Below are positions 1-10,191 of a DNA stretch of 64,000 nt, in pieces. The position numbers and the translations under genes are program-made. The stretch is from positions 4,084-68,083 of the forward strand of contig CALLAU010000003.1 in assembly GCA_938002015.1 (NCBI GenBank). Reading direction: 5' to 3'. Position 1 is the stretch's first letter; the number at the start of each line of letters is the position of its first letter. The stretch comes from an uncultured Bdellovibrionales bacterium. Its GTDB lineage: Bacteria; Bdellovibrionota; Bdellovibrionia; Bdellovibrionales; UBA1609. The notes under the pieces are model-generated. The model was given only the letters and a program-made list of their open reading frames with translations, was not told where the DNA came from and did not search any database.

Positions 1-2094
1 TGCAAAAGGGTGAAGAAGCTGAACAAGCGGTTTAAGGGCTTTAAGTGAATTTGATTTTTCTTTATAAAGGTCATTTACTAAAATCATCATTGCACTAATA
101 GCTGTGTTAAAGCTCATAGCCTCTATATCTAAAGTCACTTTCTTAATGGCTTTATGTAGTGATTTTTCAAGCTTTAAAGATAAATCATCATTTGTAACAA
201 CCGGAGTTTTATTTTCTCCTATACAAAGTCTCCACACTCTTTCTAAAAACCTTCTACTACCTTCAATTCCTTGTGTGTTCCATGGCTTATCTCTTTCAAA
301 AGGTCCCATAAAACACATATAAACTCTTACAGCGTCAGCTCCATGCTCAAGCCTTACATCATCTGGGTTAATCACATTACCTCGAGATTTTGACATCTTC
401 TCACCATCAGGCCCGAGAATCATTCCTTGGTGAGCAAGTTTCATAAAAGGCTCAGGGTGTGTTGCAAGCCCCTTATCAAATAAAAACTTGTTCCAAAACC
501 TAGAATAAAGAAGGTGGCTCACTGTATGCTCAGGTCCTCCAACATAAAGATCTACCGGCAACCAGTAATCTAGTTTTTCCTTACTGCAAATCTCATTTTC
601 ATTTTCAGTATCTGGATACCTTAAGTAATACCAAGCAGAACCTGCAGTTCCTGGCATAGTGTGAGCTGCTCTAAGCCCATCAGAGGTCTTCATCCATTCT
701 TTGTTATTAGATAAGGGAGGTTCTCCATCATCAGTTGGCTCATAATCAGCAACTTCTGGAAGAGTAAGTGGAAGCTCATCTAAATTTAAAGTACGCTCTC
801 CTCCTTCATTTAGATGAATAATTGGTATGGGCTCTCCCCAGTATCTTTGACGGCTAAAGAGCCAATCACGAAGCTTGTACTGAACTTTTTTTTCTCCAAT
901 ATTTTTTTCTTCTAGAAAATTAATTGCTTTTTCAATGGCTTCAGATTTTTTTAAGCCATTTAAAAAATCTGAATTTACAAGTTCTCCTTCTCCCACATAA
1001 GGAAGGTCTCCACCTTCTAAAACCCTTTTAACAGGAAGGTCAAACTTCTTAGCAAATTCAAAATCTCTTTCATCGTGACCGGGAACTGCCATAATTGCAC
1101 CTGTCCCATAATCCATTAAAACATAATCAGAAACCCAAAGCGGAACTTCATCTCCAGAGATTGGGTTTAAACAGTAAGCTCCAGTAAAAACACCCGTCTT
1201 TTCAGTACTTGCTTTTCTTGCTAATTCACTCTTAGATTTTGAAGTTTCAATATAATCTTCTACACTTTTAGACTGCTGACTTGTTGAAAGCTCTAGTGCT
1301 AAAGGGTGCTCTGGAGCAATCACCATAAATGTTGCTCCAAATAAAGTATCAGGCCTTGTTGTAAAAACATTAAATGAATGATCACTCCCTTTTACTTTAA
1401 ACGAAACTTCAGCACCAACGCTTTTACCTATCCAATTTTTCTGCCCCTCTTTAGTTCTTTGGGGCCAATCTATTGTCTCTAAGTCTTTTAAAAGTCTTTC
1501 AGCGTACTCAGTAATTTTAAGCATCCACTGCTTCATTGGAAGACGCTCCACCGGATGCCCTCCTCTTTCACTCTTTCCATCAACCACTTCTTCATTTGCT
1601 AAAACAGTTTTCATCGCCGGGCACCAGTTTACAGGAACTTCTTTTTCATAAGCTAAACCAGCTTCATGAAGTTTTGTAAAAATAAACTGAGTCCATTTTA
1701 AAAATTTTGGATCTGTTGTTGCTAAAGTTTTTGACCAATCAAAAGAAAAACCAAAAGCATCAAGCTGACTTCTAAAATTCTCTATGGCTTTTTGAGTTGT
1801 GATAGCAGGGTGTACACCAGTTTGAATAGCGTATTGTTCAGCTGGAAGACCAAAAGCATCATACCCCATTGGGTGAAGAACGTTAAAACCCTTTGACCTT
1901 TTAAATCTAGATACAACATCTCCTGGGATATAAGAGGCCAGATGGCCTACATGAAGACCTGCCCCAGAAGGATAGGGGAACATATCAAGAGCGTAGTATT
2001 TGGGTTTTGTTGAAGGAAACTTTGCTTCAAATACTTTTTTCTCATTCCACTCTTTTTGCCACTTCTTCTCTAGTTTTAGGTGATCAAAAGCCAT
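1..2094 (-). CDS. leuS: Leucyl-tRNA synthetase, 3' end outside window
   Basis: Minus strand from ATG at 2094 reads MAFDHLKLEKKWQKEW...LDMFPYPSGAGLHVGH (HIGH motif), HPMGYDAFGLPAEQYAI, and KMSKSRGNV near 385-400. Not in the ORF track because it runs off the edge. Confidence 0.97.
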   Translation of the reverse strand, partial: MAFDHLKLEKKWQKEWNEKKVFEAKFPSTKPKYYALDMFPYPSGAGLHVGHLASYIPGDVVSRFKRSKGFNVLHPMGYDAFGLPAEQYAIQTGVHPAITTQKAIENFRSQLDAFGFSFDWSKTLATTDPKFLKWTQFIFTKLHEAGLAYEKEVPVNWCPAMKTVLANEEVVDGKSERGGHPVERLPMKQWMLKITEYAERLLKDLETIDWPQRTKEGQKNWIGKSVGAEVSFKVKGSDHSFNVFTTRPDTLFGATFMVIAPEHPLALELSTSQQSKSVEDYIETSKSKSELARKASTEKTGVFTGAYCLNPISGDEVPLWVSDYVLMDYGTGAIMAVPGHDERDFEFAKKFDLPVKRVLEGGDLPYVGEGELVNSDFLNGLKKSEAIEKAINFLEEKNIGEKKVQYKLRDWLFSRQRYWGEPIPIIHLNEGGERTLNLDELPLTLPEVADYEPTDDGEPPLSNNKEWMKTSDGLRAAHTMPGTAGSAWYYLRYPDTENENEICSKEKLDYWLPVDLYVGGPEHTVSHLLYSRFWNKFLFDKGLATHPEPFMKLAHQGMILGPDGEKMSKSRGNVINPDDVRLEHGADAVRVYMCFMGPFERDKPWNTQGIEGSRRFLERVWRLCIGENKTPVVTNDDLSLKLEKSLHKAIKKVTLDIEAMSFNTAISAMMILVNDLYKEKSNSLKALKPLVQLLHPFA

Positions 2095-2196
2095 ACCTAT
2101 TTACTCCCGTCTTGAAACTGTTGCCAAAGCACTGATTTTAAGCAAAATAACGCCATGACATAAGTCCTGATCTCTATCATGTAATCCGGCTTTTTA

Positions 2197-2224
2197 TAAA
2201 CGTTTTTTAGGCTTTTTCCGATAG
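2197..2224 (+). promoter_or_regulatory. Putative sigma-28 (FliA) promoter of the diguanylate cyclase
   Basis: TAAA(2197-2200)-N16-TCCGATAG(2217-2224), close to TAAA-N15-GCCGATAA, 7 nt before the ATG. Confidence 0.5.
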
Positions 2225-2231
2225 AATTAGC

Positions 2232-3203
2232 ATGACTGTACGTAAAAAGAATGACGAATATAGAATACTTATTGCCGATGATGACGCTGAAGTGACTAAG
2301 CTTATGTGGATGATTTTAGAATCTGAAGGCTATAGCGTGGATGCCGCTTTCTCTGGAGCAGAAGCTCTTGAGAAACTAGACCACTGGGAGCCTCATTTAG
2401 TGCTCCTAGATGTAAACATGCCAGAATTAAGCGGTTTAGAAACCATCATTGAAGTAAGAAAAAGAGCTGACTACGTGCCAGTTATTTTTGTCTCAGGAAA
2501 CTCTGAAACAGAAGACGTTATCAAGGGTTTAAGTGCTGGTGGAGACGACTATATTTGTAAACCTTTTAACCCTCATGAACTTATTGCAAGAGTTCAAACT
2601 CAGTTAAGAATCAAAGACCTTACTGATCAGCTTTCTGTGGCTAATAAAAAGCTTCAAGCTCTTATTGAAATTGATGACCTAACAGGCCTTTATAATATGA
2701 GAAACGCTTATCAAAAGATTGATTTAGAGATCAGTAGATGTAAACGATCAAAAACTGGTGTTGGCGCTGTTATGATGGATATGGATAAGTTTAAAAGAGT
2801 AAACGATGACCATGACCACCTTTTTGGAAGCTTTGTTTTAAAAGAAGTTGGTGGAATTATTAAAAATTCAATTAGAGACGTTGATATGGGGGCTAGATAC
2901 GGTGGAGATGAGTTTATGATTATTCTCTCTGCTACCACTTTTGAAGGAGCTCAAGCTTTTTGTGAAAGACTTAGAAAGGCTATTGAATCTTATAAGTTTG
3001 ATAACGGTGATCACCAGATGGATCTTACAACTAGTATTGGTCTAGCTGTGGGATATCCAGATCAATATAATTTAAGTTCAAAACTCTTGCTACAGTGGGC
3101 TGATAAAGCACTTTATGAGTCTAAGGAAACAGGAAGAAATAAAGTAGGAGCAATTGAGCTCACACCTGAACTTTATAGTTCTGATATTAAAAAAGCTGCT
3201 TAA
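2232..3203 (+). CDS. REC-GGDEF response-regulator diguanylate cyclase (WspR/PleD-like)
   Basis: Receiver motifs ADDD, LLDVNMP, KPF; GGDEF intact (RYGGDEF); RxxD I-site (RDVD); ADKALY. Confidence 0.95.
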   Translation: MTVRKKNDEYRILIADDDAEVTKLMWMILESEGYSVDAAFSGAEALEKLDHWEPHLVLLDVNMPELSGLETIIEVRKRADYVPVIFVSGNSETEDVIKGLSAGGDDYICKPFNPHELIARVQTQLRIKDLTDQLSVANKKLQALIEIDDLTGLYNMRNAYQKIDLEISRCKRSKTGVGAVMMDMDKFKRVNDDHDHLFGSFVLKEVGGIIKNSIRDVDMGARYGGDEFMIILSATTFEGAQAFCERLRKAIESYKFDNGDHQMDLTTSIGLAVGYPDQYNLSSKLLLQWADKALYESKETGRNKVGAIELTPELYSSDIKKAA

Positions 3204-3292
3204 ACAAATTCAGCGCCTTTTTATCTTTTAATGACTTGATCCATTTCAAATCTATGATCAACTATTCTTTTAAAAAGGAGTTGATCTAAAAT

Positions 3293-4294
3293 ATGCTTAA
3301 AGACAATCTTGAAGTTTATAACCTATCTGAATTCAAAATCTCTACTTTAAAAATCACCAGTTCTGCTCTTAAAGACAACCCTCTTGGAGACTCTATTCAT
3401 AGAAGTAACCCCATGCTCTACCCGTCTCAAACTGGAAGCTATAAAGCTGTCTTATTTTTATCAGGCTTTACTGGCAATGGAGCTAAAAACTTTAACTTTA
3501 GATCTTTTGAGCCAAATCTCATTGAAGAGATTGAGTCTTGGACTAAAAATGAAAGCATTGCTCCTTTAATATATATATTTGTCGATGCATGGACTCTCTG
3601 GGGAGGTTCTCAGTTTATTAATTCAAAAGGCTGTGGAAATTATGAAGACTTTATTATGAAAGAGCTTCTCCCCAAAGCTGAAGAAGAGCTTAAATCAAGA
3701 GATTATAAAGTAAGTGAATGGGCCGTTATGGGCGGATCAAGCGGAGGATATGGAGCTCTTCACCTTTCCTCAAAGTTCCCTGAAACTTTTAAAAATTGCT
3801 TAGCAATTGCTCCAGATTGTCACTTTGATATTTCACTTAAACCAGAAATTTATCACGCCTTTCCAAAGATAGAGTCTTGGGGAGGGATAGATAAGATCCG
3901 CACCGACCTTATCACTAGAGAACTTAAAATCAATAGCCGAGATTTTCACACTGTAATGAACGTTATAGGCATGGCTCACTGCTATTCAAACCTTGGAATA
4001 ACAGGAACTCCACTGCTTCCACTTGATAAAGAAGGAAACTTTGATGAGATTCTTTGGAAATCTTGGCTTGAAAAAGATCCTCTTTATTTTCTTCCAAAAA
4101 GGATAGCGGCCTTAAAGTCTCTTAAAACTCTCTTTTTATCAGTTGGAGAATATGATCAGTTTCTTCTGCAGTTTGGCGCAAGGCAGATTAGACAGCTTTT
4201 CTTAAAAAACGACATACCTTTTACTTATGAAGAGTTTAAGGGAAATCATTTTGATATAAGCACTCGAAGAAAAAAGGCTTTAAGTTTACTCTAA
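3293..4294 (+). CDS. Alpha/beta-hydrolase esterase (enterochelin-esterase-like)
   Basis: GGSSGGYGA nucleophile elbow, NPLGD N-terminal motif, C-terminal G.H. Confidence 0.8.
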   Translation: MLKDNLEVYNLSEFKISTLKITSSALKDNPLGDSIHRSNPMLYPSQTGSYKAVLFLSGFTGNGAKNFNFRSFEPNLIEEIESWTKNESIAPLIYIFVDAWTLWGGSQFINSKGCGNYEDFIMKELLPKAEEELKSRDYKVSEWAVMGGSSGGYGALHLSSKFPETFKNCLAIAPDCHFDISLKPEIYHAFPKIESWGGIDKIRTDLITRELKINSRDFHTVMNVIGMAHCYSNLGITGTPLLPLDKEGNFDEILWKSWLEKDPLYFLPKRIAALKSLKTLFLSVGEYDQFLLQFGARQIRQLFLKNDIPFTYEEFKGNHFDISTRRKKALSLL

Positions 4295-4368
4295 AGTTAA
4301 GAAATTTTTACTAAACAACACCTATGCACTTACCATAAGACTTTAGACTCCATAAGGTAGAGGTATTA

Positions 4369-5097
4369 ATGAAGCTCTTTGATAAATCTAGAAGTGAAAT
4401 GACCATAGCAAAAGATTGCCCTTGGTATGAAGCTCAACAAACCTATGGAGCACCAAACGTAAATTGGTGTGAAAAAACTCAGTGCACCTACATAAATGAG
4501 CCTGCAAACACCTATAGTAACCTTGGTCTTATTTTTATTGCGCTTTTATTGCTAACTAAAATTAAAAATAAACTTGTTCAGCACTTTAGCATTCTTGTAT
4601 TAATAATGGGTATAGCTTCCGGGGTTTATCACGCAACCAATAACTACTTTACTCAATTTATCGATATTATAGGCATGAATTTTGTTAGTAGCTTTTTACT
4701 AACATTTTCACTTATTAGAGTTTTAAAGAAAGAGCACTTAAAGTTTTACACTCTCTATTTCTTTATAACAGCATGTAACACATTATTATTATTTATAATG
4801 GAATCTAATGGAATTGCTTTTCAGATTATTTTCTTTCCACAATTTTTTCTCACACTTATACTTGAAGCCATAATTTACTTTAAAAATCGTAATTTAAAAA
4901 AACACACCTTCTTCTTAATCGCATTAAGCTTCATAGCTGTTGCACAAACTGCAGCACAAATAGATCTTAAAAAAGTTTATTGTAATCCAGGTAATCTTAT
5001 TTTACATGGTCATGTTATCTGGCACCTACTTTCTGCTGTAGGTATGTTTTTTTTCGCTCTACACATCAATCACTTTTCAGATAAAATTAAAGACTAA
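4369..5097 (+). CDS. Alkaline ceramidase-like CREST superfamily membrane hydrolase
   Basis: NWCE...EPANTYSN, SxxxH (SGVYH), conserved D, HxxxH (HVIWH), about 7 TM segments. Confidence 0.85.
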   Translation: MKLFDKSRSEMTIAKDCPWYEAQQTYGAPNVNWCEKTQCTYINEPANTYSNLGLIFIALLLLTKIKNKLVQHFSILVLIMGIASGVYHATNNYFTQFIDIIGMNFVSSFLLTFSLIRVLKKEHLKFYTLYFFITACNTLLLFIMESNGIAFQIIFFPQFFLTLILEAIIYFKNRNLKKHTFFLIALSFIAVAQTAAQIDLKKVYCNPGNLILHGHVIWHLLSAVGMFFFALHINHFSDKIKD

Positions 5098-5105
5098 AAA
5101 TTATA

Positions 5106-5957
5106 TTAAATATTTTTAAGAGCATGGATAAACCTATCTGAACTCGGTGGATCAATTCTAAAATATAATGAGGGCTCAACTAACTCTAGCTCAATTAACC
5201 TTTGCCCCTCTTTGGTTTTAAGCATATCAACTCTTGCATATAAGAGTTTTTCACCAATGGAGTCTACCACACGCTGAGCCTCATTAAGTTCTTCTTCATT
5301 TGGAGTATATTGACTTAAAGCGCTGCCATACTCTTCTTGAACTCTAAAGTCCCCTTTTTTTGGAACTTTTTTTACAACGTGGCTTAATTCATTGTTAAAG
5401 AAAAGATAAGAAATTTCTCCTTCTAAAACTTCTTCTATAAAAGGCTGTACAAACCAGTCTTCTTTTTTCTCAAGAGATTCAAATTTATCTATCATTTCTG
5501 CTTTACTTAAAATTTCAATTTTCTCAGCACTTGCACCTACAACGGGCTTAATGACCATTTTAACTAAAGGAAGATTTATAAGTTTATCTTTAAAAGATTC
5601 TAAATCTTCATCTTCAAGAAAAATACTTTCAATAACTTTTATACCGCTCTTAGATAAGTCTTTTAAATACGTTTTCCTTGAATTCCACTTTACAATAGAA
5701 CTTGAGTTTAATAGTTTACAGCCACTTTCTTTAATACTCTCTAAAACATTTAAAAATTCTTCTAAACGCTTGGTATAGTCCCAAGTGGTTCTAATCACAG
5801 CATAGTCATAGTCACTCCAATTAACTGACTCATTTGACCATGAGATCACATCAAGACTGTCTTCAGGACAAATTTTCTTAAAAGACTCTAAAGCCAGTTC
5901 ATCATCAACAACATAATCAGAAAGATCATCACAAGTTAAAAAAACGTATTTTTTCAT
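5106..5957 (-). CDS. ATP-grasp protein (RimK/glutathione-synthetase-like)
   Basis: IRTTWDY, WNSRKTYL, KPVVGASA, GDFRVQEEYG, YARVD, ELELVEPSLYF. Start chosen at the internal Met. Confidence 0.85.
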   Translation of the reverse strand: MKKYVFLTCDDLSDYVVDDELALESFKKICPEDSLDVISWSNESVNWSDYDYAVIRTTWDYTKRLEEFLNVLESIKESGCKLLNSSSIVKWNSRKTYLKDLSKSGIKVIESIFLEDEDLESFKDKLINLPLVKMVIKPVVGASAEKIEILSKAEMIDKFESLEKKEDWFVQPFIEEVLEGEISYLFFNNELSHVVKKVPKKGDFRVQEEYGSALSQYTPNEEELNEAQRVVDSIGEKLLYARVDMLKTKEGQRLIELELVEPSLYFRIDPPSSDRFIHALKNI

Positions 5958-6346
5958 AAAAAACCTCATCAAGTAAGAAAATTAATAAAACTTATATATT
6001 ATTGCATATGTACATGGGAAGCTAATTCCTTAGCAGGTAATCAAAAACTGCTCTCTATTAAAACTTCCTTAGGCAAAACAAGCTTTACCCTCAGTATTAG
6101 TAATAAATCACTCACATATGGTTAAATACGTAAAAGACTAATTTTATCTCACTTTTAGACTTTCGACTAAAAAGCTTTCAACTTTTATTTTAAAACTTAA
6201 TCTTATTTCTTTAGAAATAGGTTATTAGTTTACACACTCTTTACATATTTAATATTTACAATAAAATCTAAATTCTTAATCATATTAACAAATGCGACTT
6301 TAGAGTTTATGATTAAAAGTATTAAAACCAACAAAGAGAGCACCCT

Positions 6347-7024
6347 GTGAATCATATCCTGTACTTAGAAGATGACCCTATATTAGGTGAAAGTTTAAAA
6401 CTGAATATGGAACTTGAAGGCTATCAAGTAACCTGGGTTAAATCACTTAAGCAAACAAGAGAACTTGCAAAATATGAAGCATATGACATAGCTATCCTCG
6501 ATTTAGGCCTTCCTGATGGAAGTGGTCTAAATATCTGTAAAGACATTAGAAAAAAAGAAGTCCATATTCCTATAATAATACTTACAGCTCAGCTTGATGA
6601 AGAAGTCGTTGTTGAAAGCTTAAATGCAGGAGCAAATGATTACGTTAAAAAGCCTTTTAGCAACAAAGAGCTCTTTGCTCGCATACGAGTTTCACTCAGA
6701 AAACCTAACCAAGAAAACGAAAAAATAAAATTTAAAGACATCACTCTCATACTAAACCAAAGAAAGTTTATGTATAAAAATAAAGAAATTACTTTAAACA
6801 GAAGAGAGTATGACCTCTTAAAAGTACTTGTTGAAAAAGCTGAAACGGTTGTAACACGCGAGCAGATGATTAGCTTTGCTGGGCTTGGTGAAGACGTTAT
6901 TGATAGAACAGTGGATTCTCATTTAAGCCACATTAGATCAAAACTTAGAAAAGAAGGCGTTGAAAACATTCAAATTAAATCTGAATATGGTCTTGGCTAC
7001 AGAATGGTGTCTCTTGAAAAATAA
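6347..7024 (+). CDS. OmpR/PhoB-family response regulator
   Basis: LEDD, LDLGLPDGSG, GANDYVKKPF, wHTH with RTVDSHLSHIRSKL and GLGYR. Confidence 0.95.
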   Translation: MNHILYLEDDPILGESLKLNMELEGYQVTWVKSLKQTRELAKYEAYDIAILDLGLPDGSGLNICKDIRKKEVHIPIIILTAQLDEEVVVESLNAGANDYVKKPFSNKELFARIRVSLRKPNQENEKIKFKDITLILNQRKFMYKNKEITLNRREYDLLKVLVEKAETVVTREQMISFAGLGEDVIDRTVDSHLSHIRSKLRKEGVENIQIKSEYGLGYRMVSLEK

Positions 7025-8510
7025 ACTAAGCTCTCCTTTTTTGCGATACCTCACGCTAGGAACATCGATTTCTTTCATCGTTATTATTTTATCCATCTTA
7101 AGTCTTCAAATTGTAAAACAAGTTACTCAAGAGGATAGTATTCAAAAGTTTACCAGACCTCCTGAAATCATTTCTTTTTTTATTAAGAACACTCCTAAGG
7201 ATAAAAGAATTCAATTAATTAATGATTTAAACGCTTCTCATAGAGCGAATTACCCATTTAAGGTTTTACTAACAAACTCTATTGGAGACATTCTTGCTCC
7301 AAAAGAAAATGTAGTAAAAAAAATTGATATAGATACTTTCTTACCTCTCTTTGAGTTTCATAATAAAAAAATAAACCATCAAAGAAATCACAAGAAAAGT
7401 AATATGTTTTCACTCCACAACCTCCTTACTCCTCTGAGACCAACTAGACATAGACCACCACCAAGGCATCTTAATGAAGCACCTAATTTTAAGTTTAAAC
7501 TCATAGATTCAAATAACTTCCTTGTTTTCCAAAGAAAAAACTTAAACATTCAAAATAACACAAAGAAAAGATTTTTCTTTAGCCTCCTTGCTCTTATATG
7601 CGCTCTTACACTTGGAATAGGCCTTACAATTACGTTCATGTTTCTCTCATTTAAAAGAAAAACCCTTGTCATTGATAATATCATTGAAAAGCTAAAAAGC
7701 GGAGATTTAAAGGCTCGCATTCCTGTAGGAAGAATTGATGAGTACAGCCAAACTGCCTATAGATTTAATGACATGGCTGAAGAGATTGAGAGCCTCGTTA
7801 ATTCTCTTAGAATCACTGAAAACTCGAGAAAGAATTTAATGAGAGAGTTAGCTCATGATTTAAGAACTCCAATTTCTTCATTAAAAAACTGTATTGAAAT
7901 GGTTAAAGAAAAGTCTAATCAACTCTCTGAAGATAAGAGAAATCAGCTTCTTAGTATCTCTTTAAAAGAAACTGAGTACTTTTCACTTCTAGTTGACGAT
8001 CTCTTATTTTTAGGTCAAGTCAATGAACCACGGTACCAGAAAGACTCTCATGAAATTTTCATTGACGACCTTATTCAAATTGAAGTGCAAAATCTAAAGG
8101 ATAGATACAGTAATATAAATTTCATTTTTAATGGCAAACTAAATCAAACTCCTTTTAAAGGTGATCGAAAATTAATAACTCGCTTGGTTAGAAACGGCTT
8201 AGAAAATGCATGTTCGTTTGCAAAAAATAAAGTTACTATTAGCACAGAAATTATACCTAATAAGAAATTTAGAATAAATATCGAAGATAACGGTCCGGGG
8301 TTTAGTGCAGGCTCCTTGGTTGATTTTGGAAAGAGAAAGTATAGTAGAGAAGTAGCAACTAGAGAATCTAATAGAATCTCTATTGGTCTTGGATCTGTTA
8401 TTATGAAGTCTATAGTAAGTTCTTATCGAGGTGAACTTAACGCTTCTAACGTGCTAGAAGACAACCACGTTAAAGGCGCTCTTCTTACGATCACTCTACC
8501 TTCAGTTTAA
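7014..8510 (+). CDS. HAMP-containing sensor histidine kinase
   Basis: Two TMs, HAMP, LAHDLRTP H-box, EDNGPG, GLG. TTG at 7014 overlapping the regulator stop is the likely start. Confidence 0.93.
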   Translation: MKNKLSSPFLRYLTLGTSISFIVIILSILSLQIVKQVTQEDSIQKFTRPPEIISFFIKNTPKDKRIQLINDLNASHRANYPFKVLLTNSIGDILAPKENVVKKIDIDTFLPLFEFHNKKINHQRNHKKSNMFSLHNLLTPLRPTRHRPPPRHLNEAPNFKFKLIDSNNFLVFQRKNLNIQNNTKKRFFFSLLALICALTLGIGLTITFMFLSFKRKTLVIDNIIEKLKSGDLKARIPVGRIDEYSQTAYRFNDMAEEIESLVNSLRITENSRKNLMRELAHDLRTPISSLKNCIEMVKEKSNQLSEDKRNQLLSISLKETEYFSLLVDDLLFLGQVNEPRYQKDSHEIFIDDLIQIEVQNLKDRYSNINFIFNGKLNQTPFKGDRKLITRLVRNGLENACSFAKNKVTISTEIIPNKKFRINIEDNGPGFSAGSLVDFGKRKYSREVATRESNRISIGLGSVIMKSIVSSYRGELNASNVLEDNHVKGALLTITLPSV

Positions 8511-8620
8511 AAATAATTTTTGTATCAAATTGATACGGATCATATTTTTCTTTTTTGTTTCCACACTCCTTAAATATTGTTTTGCTAAATTAGTATAGAG
8601 TCTAATTAAGGAGGACAATT

Positions 8621-8908
8621 ATGATAACAAAAATACTTTTAACACTTACTTTAGTTCCATGTTTTGCTTTTGCAAGAGGACAGAAGCAAGGTCCACCACC
8701 ATTAAATGATGAGGCAAAATCAGCAATTGAAGCTTGTGGATTATCACTTCCAGAACGAGGACAAAGACCAAGCCGTGAAGAACATGAAGCAATTAAATCC
8801 TGCCTTAGTGAAGCTGGCATAGAAAGACCAAGTCGTTCAAAAAGAAGACGCTTTAGCAAAAGTAAAGATCAAAATGAGGAGAGCTACAGTTCAGGAACAC
8901 TTCAATAG
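8621..8908 (+). CDS. Small exported helical protein, possible accessory of the two-component system
   Basis: RBS AAGGAGG, signal peptide ending AFA, two Cys (EACG, KSCL), Pro/Arg-rich. Confidence 0.7.
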   Translation: MITKILLTLTLVPCFAFARGQKQGPPPLNDEAKSAIEACGLSLPERGQRPSREEHEAIKSCLSEAGIERPSRSKRRRFSKSKDQNEESYSSGTLQ

Positions 8909-8926
8909 CAATCTTTATTTTTTTTT

Positions 8927-8970
8927 GAAAATATCAACAAGAACTAAAAGTTGTACGTCTTGATATTTTC
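8927..8970. terminator. Inverted repeat between convergent genes
   Basis: GAAAATATCAA ... TTGATATTTTC, preceded by a T run. Confidence 0.45.
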
Positions 8971-8996
8971 AATCTCATAACTATATTAAGTTTAAA

Positions 8997-9551
8997 TTAT
9001 TTCTTAAGAAGGTACTTGTTTACTATTTCAGTATGCTTTTCTCCTGCTATAAGAGGTAAACTTGCAAAAAATTCTACACCACACTTTTCTTCTAAGTCAG
9101 GATCAATAAAAAAATGCATCTTCTTTCGACCTGGAATAACAATTGGCTCACCTGTTTCTGGGTTCACTCCCTTTCTTTCAGCTTGTACATCTAAATATAT
9201 TAAGCCAAAACCACTCATAAGATAAAAACCTTTAGATTTTAAATTCTCTAAAAGTTCTTTATCTAAATCTAATTTTTTCTCTAAAACAGTCTCTGCTTCA
9301 TCAGGATTTTTTTCCAAAAGCCAATCTTTAAAATGCTGGTGACTTCCTGGCTCTAATCTTTTTGGGTGTAGCTGTACTATATTTAAAAAGCTATTTTGTA
9401 TTGAAACCTCTAGACCTGCCATTTTATTAAAACCTATAAAAGCAGGGCTTGAAAAATCCTTTAAAAACTCCGACATCAACTTAATCACTTCATTCATAAA
9501 CTCAAACTCCCATGCTTCTAACAACATATACTTTATTAACTCAGACCACAT
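8997..9551 (-). CDS. Atypical protein with an HU/IHF-like DNA-binding arm
   Basis: GFG...ERKGVNPETGEPIVIPGRK matches the HU beta-arm; long unrecognised N-terminal extension; start uncertain. Confidence 0.7.
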   Translation of the reverse strand: MWSELIKYMLLEAWEFEFMNEVIKLMSEFLKDFSSPAFIGFNKMAGLEVSIQNSFLNIVQLHPKRLEPGSHQHFKDWLLEKNPDEAETVLEKKLDLDKELLENLKSKGFYLMSGFGLIYLDVQAERKGVNPETGEPIVIPGRKKMHFFIDPDLEEKCGVEFFASLPLIAGEKHTEIVNKYLLKK

Positions 9552-9703
9552 GTGTAAAAAACTATCAAAACTTTCTATATAATAGGTTAGTTTTTCTCTA
9601 CCAAGACTAAAAGTAGTCTAATCTTAGCTATTACCTTGTAAGCCAGGGCAGGCTTCATGTATGGTAAATCTGCTTAATATTAAGCTTTTAATATACACAC
9701 AGT

Positions 9704-10056
9704 GGGGGCGCATTTGGTTTCGACGTGGGTGTTGAAGCTTAAGGAGCATGCCGGGGAGCATGAGGACCTCGTAAAAACATGCATTATAGTAATCGGCAAC
9801 GATTCAAACTTTGCTTTAGCTGCCTAGTCAGTTTAGCCGTGAACTCTTTCTGTGGTTTCGAGAGAGAAGTTCATGTCACTTAAGAGACCTCGACTCTAAA
9901 TTGCGCCTCATGGTTTAGAGTTTAAATAAAGTGAAGCAGGAATACAAAAAGGTTGTCTGTGGTCGCTTTGTATTTGTCATAAATCACTGACTAAGCATGT
10001 AGCGCCTTAATGTGAATCGCTTGCGGACGGGGGTTCAACTCCCCCCGCCTCCACCA
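9704..10056 (+). ncRNA. ssrA: tmRNA (one-piece)
   Basis: 5' GGGGGCG pairs with 3' CGCCTCC-ACCA including the G3.U wobble; T arm GGGGG-TTCAACT-CCCCC; internal tag frame ending ALAA-stop. Confidence 0.97.
9795..9827 (+). other. tmRNA tag reading frame (A)GNDSNFALAA*
   Basis: GGC AAC GAT TCA AAC TTT GCT TTA GCT GCC TAG, preceded by TAATC|G matching the UARNYG resume context. Confidence 0.85.
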
Positions 10057-10070
10057 TTAAAGCAAAAGAA

Positions 10071-10086
10071 TAGCAGTTTTCTGCTA
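10071..10086 (+). terminator. Hairpin immediately downstream of tmRNA
   Basis: TAGCAG-TTTT-CTGCTA; no clear U-tract. Confidence 0.4.
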
Positions 10087-10191
10087 AATAATAAAAATCA
10101 AATAAAAACAATAAGTTAAGAAGAGCTCATAACAGCTTCTAAGTTAACCATTTCCCATAAATTCCTATTAAATCACGGTAGTTGCAAAAAT

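Noticed and set aside
104..322. 72-aa plus-strand ORF
   Set aside because: Antisense shadow of leuS.
9672..9685. Palindrome GCTTAATATTAAGC upstream of ssrA
   Set aside because: AT-rich and short; no regulator can be assigned.
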